Assembly (NCBI GenBank): GCA_963514005.1
Contig: OY740795.1
Span: 43,276,001-43,340,000, forward strand
Source: Raja brachyura
Lineage: Eukaryota
DNA: 64,000 nucleotides
Reading direction: 5' to 3'
In this document: piece after piece, positions 14,268 to 25,697 of the stretch
How positions within the stretch are numbered: position 1 is the first letter of the stretch
Layout of the letters: every line of letters begins with the position of its first letter
Made by a program: the position numbers and the translations under genes
Notes under the pieces: generated by a model
What the model saw: only the letters and a program-made list of their open reading frames with translations
Databases searched by the model: none
What the model was told of the DNA's origin: nothing

Positions 14268-14442
14268 ACTGCTGATGCTGAAATTGTGAACAGAAAACTA
14301 AATGCTGGAGGATCTCAACAGATCAGGCAGCATCTGTGGAGAGAAATGGATATATGGCGACTCAGTCTACAGATGGGTCCTGACCCAAAACGTTGTCTGT
14401 CCATTTCCATCCCACTGAAATCTTCGAGCACTTTTTTTATTG
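14268..14442. mobile_element. Diverged inverted Penelope pLTR pair
   Basis: aaatgctggaggatctcaacagatcaggcagcatctgtggagagaaatgga...gggtcctgacccaaaacgttgtctgtccatttcc. Confidence 0.6.
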
Positions 14443-14803
14443 CCCATGGAATAATGGACACTTGTTCTCATAAATAGGCTGACTATCTTATTGTGTCTAC
14501 ATCCAAGCTATGAATCTCTAGGTAGACACAAAAAGCTGGAGTAACGCAGCGGGACAGGCAGCATCTCTGGAGAGAAGGAATGGGTGATGTTCAGGTCGAG
14601 ACCCAACTTCAGGACTGGTTAGGGATAAGGGAAATGAGAGATATAGATGATGATGTGGAGAGATAAAGAACAATGAATAAAAGATATGCAAAAAAGTAAT
14701 GATGATAAAGGAAACAAGCCATTGTTAGCTGTTTGTAGTGTGAAAATGGGAAGCTAGTGTGAATTGGGTGGGGGAGGGAAAGAGACAGAGGGAATGCCGG
14801 GGC

Positions 14804-15963
14804 CAGGGCCAGGGCCGGCCTTAGGAGGTGCGGGGCCCATTTGGGAACAATTTTGGTGAGCCCCAGGTTCCCAGCCAAGGTCTGTAGAACCATAGAAATA
14901 TAAATAAAGTCTACTATAGACTTTATATCTCTATGGTAGAATGGAAAGTAATCAAAATGTGCGCTTAAGAAGTGCCTGCGAGTTAATGGACCAAACAGAT
15001 CTAAGCTATATTTTAATGTAAGATTGCATACATGTAAGCCTACAAGTAACAGACAAAATGTGTAGATCACCTCTGAAAAGTACATGCTTACAATACCACT
15101 TGGGTTAGTGGCTGTGAAATGAAAAAAATAATAATTTAATTAACTAGATCCTGGAAAACCAATAGCTATTGGCGAAAAACCAGTCCATTCATTAAAGTTT
15201 GGCCTTCAGCCCCATCCTACCATTTGGGCTTCTACCCCATCCTAACTTAGTTATGTGTGCATGTGTTAGTTGTCTGTGCGTGATGTGTGTGTGTTGGTTG
15301 TCTGTGCGTTATATGTGTGTGTGTGGGAGGGAAGGAGAGAAGGGAGGGAGGGAGAGAAAATAGGAAGGAGAGAAGGGAGTGAGGGAAGTAGAGAAATAAG
15401 GGAGGGAGGGAAAGAGAGAAAGTAGGGAGGGAGGAAGGAGAGAATGGAAAAAGGGAGAGAGGAAGGGGGGAGGGAAGGAAAGAAGGGAGGGAGGGATGGA
15501 AGAAGGGAAGGGAGGGAGGGAAGAGAAGGAGAGATGGGAGGGAGAGGGCAGGCGGCAGGAGTGGATGCCAGGGTCTGGGCGGACAGGTGTGAGCTGAAGC
15601 TGAGGTTTGTAAACGTTGCTCCAACCCCTGGCCTGGCCCTCCCTGTATTGTTCACTCAGTCTTCCCGGGGAGAGAGAGGGGTGGAGCTGGGGTTGTGTGC
15701 GTGAAGCACGGCGACTGGAGGGACGGGAGCACTGCCCCAGGACCATGAGGGAATGACCCACCTCCCCCTCTCCCCTTTCTCCATTCCCCCTCACACCCAC
15801 CTCCCCGTCTACCCCTTTCTTCCCCATCCACCCCTCTACTCTCTCCCCCCTCCACCCAGGGTAGATATACCTGAGCCGAGAGTAGATTACTCTAGCGCAG
15901 GGCCCCCTTAGGCGCGGGGCCCAATTGGGAGCAATTAGTCCCATTGGCTTGAGGCCGGCCCTG
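14804..15963. mobile_element. Non-autonomous hAT element (Tip100-like ends)
   Basis: TIR cagggccggcct / aggccggccctg; 8-bp TSD gccggggc at 14796-14803 and 15964-15971; extra cagggc duplicated at the left end. Confidence 0.85.
15255..15560. repeat. (TG)-rich then purine-rich (GGGA/GA) low-complexity tract inside the hAT MITE
   Basis: Direct reading; it explains the Pro/Ser/Leu-rich spurious ORFs. Confidence 0.9.
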
Positions 15964-16734
15964 GCCGGGGCTACCTGAAGTGAGAGAATATTCATACCTC
16001 TGAGCTGTAAGCTGCCCAAGCGAAATATGCGATGCTGTTCCTCCAATTTGCATTTAGCTTCACTCTGACAATGGAGGTGACCTGGGACAGAAAGGTCTGT
16101 GTAGGAATGGGAAGGAGAATTAAAGTGTCCGGCAACCAGGAGATCAGATAGATTTAGGCGGGCTGAGCGAAGGTGTTCCGTGAAATGATTGCCCAGTCTA
16201 TGTTTAGCCTCACTGATGTATAAGGTTTAAACCAGTATCTGCAGTTCCTTCCAACACATGAATCCATAGGTTACAGGTTGCAGCCGCTGTAGTGCTCATG
16301 CAGGTATTTTTTTGAAAGGGAGAGGTTTTTTTGGTTTCAATCACTCATTTAGGCAGAGATTTCCAAACCTTCACCATTCTTTGAATGAAAAGATGTTCCT
16401 TGCAGCCCCCAAAAATATTAATATCTCTGTCCTCTAGCTATCTACATTTCTGTTAAAGGAATAGGTTCTGGGTTCATTCTTTCATGGCCTCACATTCTCA
16501 TATGCATTTAAATGTTTGAATCATCTGCCGAAGTACCAAAGAAAGGTAATCTAGATACTGTGATGTCGCATACACTAAAAGGAACATCAAATCTAATTCT
16601 GATTACCATCAGGTTAGAACCAGGACCGGATTTAGATGAAGAGAGGCCCAAAGCTATTTCACTTGTGAGCCCCCCCCTCTCCCAATCCCCCACCCCCGCG
16701 ACTAGAGGACCATGACTACCCGACAGTGACAGTG

Positions 16735-17140
16735 AGACACTTTTAGATCCTACTGTACGTTGTCATTAAACAGTTGGTTTTAAAATACATCTTGGATTCA
16801 CCGAGGAATGGGCGATGCCTTACCTGGATCGCTGTTTGAAGCTCTGGAGTGTTGGGCCTGGTGTTTCAACATCATGGAGCTGTGGTTTGCGGAGCTCCCA
16901 GCCTCAGGCCGCGCTGATTGCAACATCGTGGAGCCCTGGGATCCCTTTGCTGAGGGCCGCCAGCGTGAATCTCCGCCCAACTCAGCCTGTGGACTTCGGG
17001 AGCCGCGGTCTCCGGTAGGAAGTGGCCGATTCGGAAGTCCAAGCCACTGAGAATGTTCTCCCGTTCCGACGTCGGATGGTGAACCCAAATTTCATTGTAC
17101 CAATTGATGCATGTGACAATAAGTGTCTCTTGAATTGAAT
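16735..17140 (+). mobile_element. GC-rich insert with a LINE-like 3' tail nested in the hAT element
   Basis: Repeated caacatc(a/g)tggagc units, ending aatttcattgtac...tgacaataag...(ttgaa)n; similar tails at 14180-14230 and 39120-39155. Confidence 0.45.
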
Positions 17141-17175
17141 GTGGAATATTAAGAAATAAAGAAACTACAAATACA

Positions 17176-18395
17176 CTAAGAGCAAAAATGTTTTTTTCTC
17201 GCCTTCTTCATAGCAAAATCATCCAGAAGCTCACCAAGATCTGTTTGTCTAAGTTTGTCACTCTCAATGCACAGAATGCTCAGTGCAGCCAACCTCTCTT
17301 GAGATATTGTGGACCTTAATTTATTTTTAATTCTTTTGAGTCTTGAAAAAGACCTCTCTCCCGAGCAGTTGGTGACCATTAAGCTAAGAAACAGCCGCAA
17401 GATTGCTTCCACATTAGGGAAGGCCATCTGAAATGTTTCCTTATATATTATTTGATAAAGATCTGTATGAGACATAGAGTGCTCTTCTGTATGCCTATGG
17501 CTTTGTCTCACGTACGAGTGAAACTGCAAAAATTCATCAGTATGTTTCAGGTCAACATCTTCTGGGTTTGCTTCCATCAACAGTTCACCACCTTGCTGAA
17601 TTTCTTACTTAGATGCGGTCAGATTAGCAAGAAAGGAAAATTGTTGTGCAACTTCACTATACACAGGACCTCTTCTTTTTAAATTGGTTTCAAGTGCATC
17701 TAGTATAGCAATAAAGGATTTTATCCTAACCTTATCTCTTGAAGAGAGTTTATCTAAAGCATCAGGACCAGGTGCACTTCCATCATTTCCTTGCCATTTC
17801 CTTACTCTTTGTCTCCCTGTGACAGTTCTGTAGTTAACATCTGGCAAGGTGGCCTTTGCTTGTTGCCCAAGCTCATCAAAATCTTCTCTAATTTTGCTTA
17901 CAAAATCCTGAAGTGAACTGTACAAACTTGCACAAGTACTCGATAACAGTTTGGATTTCTGAATGACTTTTTTGACCTTGTGGAAATGACCTAGCAGACG
18001 GGTCCAAAAAATGAAGCATAAACACAAATTCCAGTTCTTCCATTTTCTGCAAAAGATTGTTAGCTTGAAGCCCGGTATCACTCTTCACATTAACATCAAA
18101 GTACAAATGACCGAGGGCATCAGTGATAGCACTGTAACTTTCCAAAATAACTTCTGTGGCTTTTGCATGTGCCTCTCACCTAGTGTCTGACAAATATTTA
18201 GGCACTTTTGACTGAGGTTGCAAAAATGATTTTAGAACTGCCCATCTCTTTGTGGAGGATGAAAATAAGGTATAAATTTCATTGATAATTCCAAAACAGT
18301 TCACTGCATCAAGGCAGCAGTCAACAGCCGAACGGCCCACCGAATTTAATGAGTGAGCAGCGCATGGAATAAATCTTGCAAATTTGTTTTTTTTA
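17176..18395 (-). pseudogene. hAT transposase pseudogene, C-terminal half (ZMYM1-like/Tip100 group)
   Basis: FIPCAAHSLN (CxxH motif), FSSSTKRW, LSDTR*, and hATC dimerisation motif FPNVEAILRLFLSLMVTNCSGERSFSRLKRIKNKLRSTISQERL; split across 4 ORFs by stops and frameshifts. Confidence 0.9.
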
Positions 18396-18804
18396 GTGGA
18401 GCGGGCCGAGGCCCCCCTAGATCTCGAGGCGCTAAGCTTAAACTTGTCTAGCTTATATGTAAATCCAGCCCTGGTTAGAACCATAGAACAAAGCTTAATC
18501 TGGGTTAAAATTCCATTATACTCACAATCAGCTACCAATTTGAAAAGTGTCCCACCATTTGTGTTTTATATTGCATGGAGCATGATGTGAGGAATTTTAA
18601 AATTGGTTAAAAACAACAGCAGTTGAGTTTGATTAAAGCATTTAGAAAGTGTGAGTACTCACATCTGCACTTGTAGTTTAAGAGCTGGGCGGCTGAGCCC
18701 ATGTGCGTGTTGCCTTTTGCCTGCAAGCAGCACAAATAAGAAACTGTCTGAAACCGATGCTGGATGTAGTGTTATCAGACTAGGATCTGCAGTATAAATG
18801 ATTT

Positions 18805-19115
18805 ACAAGGATGAGACCAGAACTGAGAGGTTATAGCTATCAGAAAAGATTGAACGAGTCGGGACCCCTCTCTCTGGAAGGGTGACCTGATAGATGTTTT
18901 TTTAAGATAATGAAAGTTCTTGATAGGGTAAAGGTAAAGCAGACTTCCACTTGTGTGAGAGATCAAAACTGGGTGTTATAAATAAAAGTAATAAATACAA
19001 TAGGGAATTCGGGAAAAAGGACTTCATCCAGAAAGGGGTAAAGATGTGGTACCTGATGCTACAACTGAGTGGTTGAGGCATGTAGCATAGCTGTATTTAA
19101 GGAGAAGCTAGACAA
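18805..19115 (+). mobile_element. Decayed CR1 ORF2 C-terminal fragment
   Basis: tttacaaggatg...gggtgacctgatagatgtttttaagataatgaaag (RGDLI-VFKIMKG motif). Confidence 0.7.
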
Positions 19116-19137
19116 ACAAAATATTAATAAAGTCAGA

Positions 19138-19231
19138 TGTAGACAAAAGTGCTGGAGAAACTCAGCGGGTGCAGCAGCATCTATGGAGCGAAGGAAATAG
19201 TCAAAGTTTCGGGGCGAAACCCTTCTTCAGA
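19138..19231 (-). mobile_element. Penelope pLTR fragment
   Basis: gtagacaaaagtgctggagaaactcagcggg...gtttcggggcgaaacccttcttcag. Confidence 0.75.
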
Positions 19232-19493
19232 GTCATGTTGATGGAGTACAATGAAGGAAGCTCTGAGGAGGCATATGTATCACTAACGTAGGTATGGACG
19301 ATTTGGGCAGAATTACTTCAATCTATTCTACACCAAGATAATATTAATTGCCTACAAAATGTATGCCCAATATTTGAGCCAGAAAACACATTTATACTTT
19401 TGAAGGACTTTCCTGAAAATCAAATGTTTATCAACTGATACTTTATTGTCAATGATCATATTATCATAGCCAATCTGGTGGTTACTTCACCGT

Positions 19494-19572
19494 TAGACAC
19501 AAAAAGCTGGCATAACACAGCGTCTTTGGAGATAGAAATAGGTGATGTTTTGGGTCAAGACTCTTCTTCAGC
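19494..19572 (-). mobile_element. Penelope pLTR fragment (deleted)
   Basis: tagacacaaaaagctgg...ggtgatgttttgggtcaagactcttcttcag. Confidence 0.65.
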
Positions 19573-19958
19573 GGTTGTAACTTCAACTCCATAATCCTGT
19601 TTTCATGCAATGCTTGTCACACCTTTGTTTTAAAGTGGCCTTTACATGCAATTTGAAGATGTTAAGATTATTAGTTTCTTCTCCTCAAGTTCAACTGGCA
19701 TACAAGGGGAACAATGTCTGGGACCTTGAATATAAAACACAGTTTTCTTATTCAAACTGCAGAGTTTCACCATTTGTTAGCATGTTTGCCAGTTCCAGGT
19801 GTGGGAATATTTCCCAACATTTGCTCGGGTAATCTCAAGTCTCAGATTACTGGCAATTGTACTCCACCACTGGACTGCTCATGAAGATTGGTGGGTAAAC
19901 TTGGATGTCTTAGGCTGGGAGGTCAGCTCACTGTGTCCATGCTGGGCAATAATGTTAA

Positions 19959-20475
19959 TGGGCCTGTCCCACTTCGGCAACTTTTTAGGCAACTGCAGGA
20001 GACTATGTAGTCGCCACATGGTCGCCACATGTTCGCGGGTGGTTGCCGGGGAGTCGACTTCATGGTCATGAGGAGTTCCCGCATTCTGGGAACTAGTCAC
20101 GGCCTCATTACGGTCGCCGCTTCTTAAATGTTGTCTCCGCTTCTTCTCCCCACTTCTCCCCCCTTCTACCCCCTCTCCCCCTCTCTTTTAAAGGACTTAC
20201 TGTACACTGTGCTTTAGCCGTCTTAATTATGGTGCCAACCTTCCTGTTAATCCCGGCTAGTGTCTGTATCACCTTGGCTTTGCACCAAGCACTCCCGCTG
20301 CTTGCACTGTCCCCCGCCTGCATAACGGGCTGGTGAAGGAATCGAAGTGTGTGTACGTGCGTGCGTGCGTTAGTGCGTGTGTGTTCCACTCTGACAGTCG
20401 CCGTTCCGGTTGTCGGTTTTTCAGGCGAATGCCGGCGACTGGACAGTCTAAAATCGCCTAAGTGGGACAGGCCCA
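19959..20475. mobile_element. PIF/Harbinger-type MITE
   Basis: Perfect 16-bp TIR tgggcctgtcccactt / aagtgggacaggccca; TAA at 19956-19958 and 20476-20478. Confidence 0.9.
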
Positions 20476-20837
20476 TAAGGGCGTTAATTTAATAAATTCA
20501 ATAATTTTTGTGTAGAAAGAAACTGCAGATGCTGGTTTATACTGAAGATAGACCCAAAATCCTTCAATTGTTTTTAATGAGTTTCTATTATTCTCAAGTG
20601 TTCTAAGCTTTTTTATGTCTTTAATATTTGTAAAAGATTTTTAACCATTTTATTTGTATTTTTAATAGTCCTTGGATGTCTTTGGAAGTTTGTCACTTAA
20701 TTGATAGCTTTAACAACATTGGGGGTGGGGCTTGAGTAAATCTGAAAGCAAAATCTGGGACAGGGTCTGGCTTTTAAAATGAGAAATCAAATCCTATGAT
20801 GTCTTGATAAGTTTGATGTAGAAAGAATGTTTCCTCA

Positions 20838-21118
20838 TTTAGTTTAGTTGAGAGATGCAGTGCGGAAACAGGCCGTTCGACCCATCATGTCCGCACCGAC
20901 CAGCGACCCCCGCACATTAACACTATCCTACACACACTAGGGACAATTTACATTTTATACTAAACCAATTAACCTGCATACCTGTATGTCTCTGGAGTGT
21001 GGGAGGAAACCGAGCATCACTGAGAAAACTAACGTGGCCTCTACGTACAAACAGCACTCGTAGTCGGGATCTCTGGCACCGCAAGCGCTGTAAGGCAGCA
21101 ACGTTACTGCTCTGCCAC
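20838..21118 (-). mobile_element. V-domain tRNA SINE
   Basis: tttagtttag tail, ggaaacaggccgttcg..., ggagtgtgggaggaaaccg, ctgtaaggcagcaac head. Confidence 0.8.
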
Positions 21119-22624
21119 ATTGTCGCACGTTATTCAGCAATGCAGTTTATATATTTAGCTTTTCTGACCAAGTACTAGCAACAATATTGTTTGCATTGAT
21201 AAAATACATAATGGTTTACTCAAAAACTTAAAATTAAATATTTCTACTCTGGGAATGCAGCATATTTTAAGAGTCCAAAAACTAAGTGCAGCAGTCCTGC
21301 ACTGCTGTGATTACACGTCCCTTTCGTCTTCAGCCAGAATAGAACAAACATATTTTACCTCAATAAAATATATTTCAGATTGTGCATCAAAATAAAATGC
21401 AAATTAGAATTAATTTACAACTTTGCTTAATCAAAGAGCCCATCTTTACACCCACACTGAAATCATTATTGTGACAGGATTGTGGCGTTTTAAATCAATT
21501 AAATTGCCAATTAAGAAATCTGTGTCTCTCCACATTCCTCTACACCGATTTTCTGCTCATCAATGGAAAGTACACCATGCCAGTTAAAAGACACAGCAAG
21601 TAAATTAGTGTGCTTCGTGAAACTTAATGGTAAAGATCATCAGGGTTTTGTGCAAAATCTTGTTCTGTTCTATGTTGCAATAAGGCGTGTAAGGGGCAGC
21701 ATGTTTCTGAGCTAAGAATGGAATCATAATGCGAGGATTCTAGTTTTGTTTTTTGATCCATGCTGCACACTGTGTGTGTGTGTGTGTTGTATCAGATGGT
21801 ACAGCAATCTCGCAACTATATAAAGCGCCGGCACTCAGGTCTGCTAGTTGGGTCATGAGAGATAACCAAATGGGTATTCATTGTCATCTACAAAACTTTC
21901 CCTTTGTCATGGGAGCATGGCAAATCAAGCCTGGTTTGGCTGGAAAGAGTAAGAGAAATGCATATTTGAAGATGTTAAGAAAGATTGAAAATTTATCTCC
22001 GTATTGAAAGAGTTAACCAAGTACGTTTTTGCTAGTAAATGATTCTAACTGTGCGGAAAATGGTTTATTTATTTTAAAAAGGTACACCACTCTGGAGGAA
22101 CAATTTTCAGTGAAAAGAATATCCCCCAGAAAGCATGTAAGAAATCATTTAAAGGTCTGTTTCTCAAGAGGACATATTCCCATCTGTGGCCTTCAAAAGC
22201 AGCCTGCTGGAGACTGACAATTTCAGTTCTTCTAGCCAGGAAAAGGCTGCTTGGTTGAGGTATCCAGTGGATTTCACTTTAGCTGGTTGGCATTGCAGTG
22301 AGGATTGATTGGCATCCATCCTGGTTCTGGTTGCTGCTCCTGGCAGTCTGCCATTGAAAAGTTTAATACCAACAGGGCTTGGGAGCCTGAGCCCTGGCTG
22401 GTACTGAACCTTTTAATGCATTGGTAGCATTGACAGTAACAATGAGAATTGGGTAGGCTGGTGATTACTGTTCACTGTAACAGCATACAACACAAGGCCT
22501 CAGTTGAGCAGATTTGAAGTGCCTGTCCTCCAGCAGCTTTGCTTTTTGATGGACACAAATGTAAAAATGTCCTCACACGAAGAAGGTTTTGAATGAATTA
22601 TTTGTTGCACATGGCCGAAGAAAT

Positions 22625-22985
22625 ATAGAGTCATAGAGTGATACAGTGTGGAAACAGGCCCTTCGGCCAAACTTGCCCACACTGGCCAACATGGCCCAGC
22701 TACACAAGTCCCACCTGCCTGTGCTTGGTCCATATCCCTCCAAACCTGTCTTATCCATGTACCGGTCTAACTGTTTCTTAAATGTTAGGATAGTCCCAGC
22801 CTCAACTCCCTCCTCTGGGAGCTTGGTCCATACAATCACCACCCGTTGTGTGAAAAAGTTACCCCTCAGATTCCTATTAAAACGTTTCCCCCTCACCTTG
22901 AACCTTTGTCCTCTGATCCTCGATTCCCATACTCTGGGCATCCCAGAGATTCTGTACATCTATCCGATCTATTCCTCTCATGATT
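22625..22985 (-). mobile_element. CR1 3' end
   Basis: ORF track SRIRGQRFKVRGKRFNRNLRGNFFTQRVVIVWTKLPEEGVEAGTILTFKKQLDRYM is the CR1 ORF2 C-terminus. Confidence 0.9.
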
Positions 22986-23419
22986 TCATCCGGTCAAAGA
23001 AGCCCAGTTATTGTCCCGAAGCACAAAACCATGAAACTATTGCACTGGAAAAGCTGGCTTAAAAGGCTCCAAAGCCAACTGAACTGCTTTGTCTGCTTAT
23101 GTTTATTTTATGTAAAACCTGCCGCATGGCGGGAGAACCAGATTTAATATTACAGGTCAACCATTCTGCTGGAAGGTCATTGGAATGAACTGCTTGCTTA
23201 CAATTTGGTGTGTGACTCACCGTCCATCTTGGATGGCAATCTTGCCTTCTTCATGTCTATAAGGATGAACCCATCAGTCAAGAGCTCTGATGTTCAGGCT
23301 GAGCATAAACCTGGAACTTCCCAAGAAAAATATTAGGATGTGGACTTCAATGTACGACGATGTATGAGCAGCAAAACTAATGTTGATTGATCTACATTCA
23401 AAGGCAATGCCATCATTTA

Positions 23420-23970
23420 TTGCTCGTTGCTCATTCCCAAATGACCTTCTCAGGCCACATTTAAAAGTTAAACACATTTGTAGGTCTGGCCAGATGAGGT
23501 TAAGTCGGCAAGTTTTCTGTCTCGAAGGATATTCATGAACCAGATAATAGGTTTGATCCCGACTACAGGTGCTTGTCTATATGGAGTTTGTACGTTCTCC
23601 TCATGACCTCCGGGATCTTTAGTTTCCTCCCATTCTCCAAAGACATACAGCTTTGTAGGTGTAAGTGTAAATTGTAAAATTGTCGCTTGTCTGTGTGTAG
23701 GGTAGTGTTGGTGTGCGGGGATTGCTGGTCGGTGCAGACTCGATGGGCCAAAGAGCCTGTTTCCACACTGTATCTCTAAACTAAACTAAACTAAATCAGA
23801 TATATTTTTATATCAATTCAGTAATAATTATTGCCAATGACTTTATACATTTACTATTAATCAATTTTAAATTGCACAGTTGTCATGCAATGGTGGGATT
23901 TGAACTCAATTTGCTGTATTTTTGTCCAAGCCTCTAAACTCAGTCTGGTAATTTAATCAGTGCACCACCA
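23420..23970 (-). mobile_element. Older tRNA-derived SINE split by a V-SINE
   Basis: ggtgggatttgaactc (B-box reverse complement)...aagcctct...cagtgcaccacc; upstream ggatattcatgaaccagat. Confidence 0.4.
23552..23795 (+). mobile_element. V-domain tRNA SINE, 5'-truncated
   Basis: ggagtttgtacgttctcc...tttcctcccattctccaaagac...tgtatctctaaactaaactaaactaaa. Confidence 0.8.
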
Positions 23971-25289
23971 GCAAATCCAACATATAGCTACGCCTATAAA
24001 ATAGCGGAGGGCTCTGACAACGTAAAGCTAAGTCCTAGCTTCATCATCTGTCAAAGCTATCAATAACTTTTATTGTTTCTAAATATGGCTGAGCTTCAGA
24101 AGCATAGCACTAAAAAATTATTAAAGTTCAAGTTAAAATATGGACATTTATTAAAATAATTAAGCAAAGGAAAATTAAAACACTCAAAAGAATTTGCAAA
24201 TAGTGTTAAAACATTACAGCATAGTTGAAGCAAATTATTCAACTTTTTTTTAACTTTGCCTTCTTGCAGACAATGTTTTCATTCAAAGCAAAACATTTGT
24301 GGATCCTGTGCCTGGTTTCTGCACACAACCATCAGGACTAAGGGAAGAACATGAGGTATAGAAGCAAGAGTATGCCATTTGTCACCTAATAAAAACATTG
24401 GCTGATATTTTACGTTCGAGACACTTTCCTACATTGACCCTGAATCCTGAATTTTTACCAAAATAATTTCTTGCTCTCTTGAATATACACAATTGAACCT
24501 TCACAGTCCTCCAAAGAATCATTACCCCCTGGGTGTGTTTCAATTCTGTTTCTCTACCCACAGAAGCTACCTGATCTGCACAATAATTCCAAAACCTTTT
24601 GTCATCATTGAAATACTGGTTTATTTTGCATAGGTAAGCACTTACATAATGTGTTTTTTTTACTGTCCACAGCCAAAGCATAGCAGAATGTCAGATTCCA
24701 TCTATTCACCCATTTCTGTACAGTTTTTAAACAAATGGTATCATCTATAAAGTACGGAAATAAAGTACTCTACTATTTTCCGCAGTTACTAAACGAAACT
24801 GTCAGCTTCTTAATGGACTTGCGCACTTGGGCGTCATTTGCACGTAATTTGCGCGACATCATTTATGCGTCACGACGCATGACTTTCACCAATTTCACCA
24901 AAAACTCAACTCATCAATGGTGGACTTTTGACAGTAAATGGGTCTGTGTACAATGTCTGCATATAAACACCATGCTGCATGAAAATATAAAAGTTAACTT
25001 GCAATTAATGATGCCTTGTTCAAATGCAATTGCAATCCATGTGTAAAAATGAGTAAAGTACAAAAAAATACTTACTGCCAAATAATAAAAGCAAACACAC
25101 TGCAAATACTCAACAGATATGACTGTGGAGAGATAAACACAATGAATATTTCATGGAAACTCTGGTACTCCCCACATAGATGCTGCCTGACTATTGAGTG
25201 GTTCCGACACAATCTGTTTTAATTTCTATTTCCAGCATCTACAGTATTTTGCTTTGTGTATCAATAAGTAATTTTGGTTCCTATGCCAA

Positions 25290-25697
25290 CTGCAAAACTT
25301 CTCTGGAATGCTCAAGGTTATGGGGAGACCTGATAGAAGTACATATATTTTTAAGGAGCATACATAGATTAGACAGTCAGAACCTTTACGCCAGGATCCA
25401 AAAAAATCAAAATTAGAGGGCATAGCTTTAAGGTGAAAGGGGCAATGTTCAAAGTATGTTCGGGGCAACTTTTTAACCACAGAGGGCGGTGAGTGCCTGG
25501 AACACACTGCGATGGTTTGTGGTTTAGGGAAGTATGAGAGTGACATTTAGGAGGCTTTTGGACAGGCACATGGATATGTAGGGAATGGAAGGATATGGAC
25601 TACGCACAGGTAGATACAAGATGGTTTTGACATCATGTTGGCATGGGCATTGTGGGACAAAGGGCCTAATTTTGTGCTATGCTGTTCTATGATCTAT
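25290..25697 (+). mobile_element. CR1 3' end
   Basis: RLWGDLIEV in ORF track; agagggcatagctttaaggtga; gctgttctatgatctatga tail. Confidence 0.8.

Larger units (their letters stand above)
14520..16257 (-). mobile_element. Penelope-like retroelement 3' portion (GIY-YIG C-terminus, 3' UTR and pLTR), interrupted by a hAT MITE
   Basis: Minus-strand translation near 15972-16130 gives HFNSPSHS...LHCQSEAKCKLEEQHRIFRLGSLQLRGMNI, the characteristic Penelope endonuclease C-terminus; pLTR at 14520-14615. Confidence 0.8.
16621..18473 (-). mobile_element. Internally deleted hAT DNA transposon
   Basis: TIRs caggaccggattta / taaatccagccctg; 8-bp TSD gttagaac at 16613-16620 and 18474-18481; contains a transposase remnant. 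Confidence 0.9.

Noticed and set aside
15247-16046. Long ORFs of 125-245 aa
   Set aside because: They are produced by low-complexity GA/CT tracts inside a MITE. Only the first ~20 aa of the 245-aa ORF is a real (Penelope) remnant.
17176-18538. Possible ZMYM1-like host gene
   Set aside because: It is enclosed by TIRs and an 8-bp TSD, with stops and frameshifts, so it is a dead transposase.
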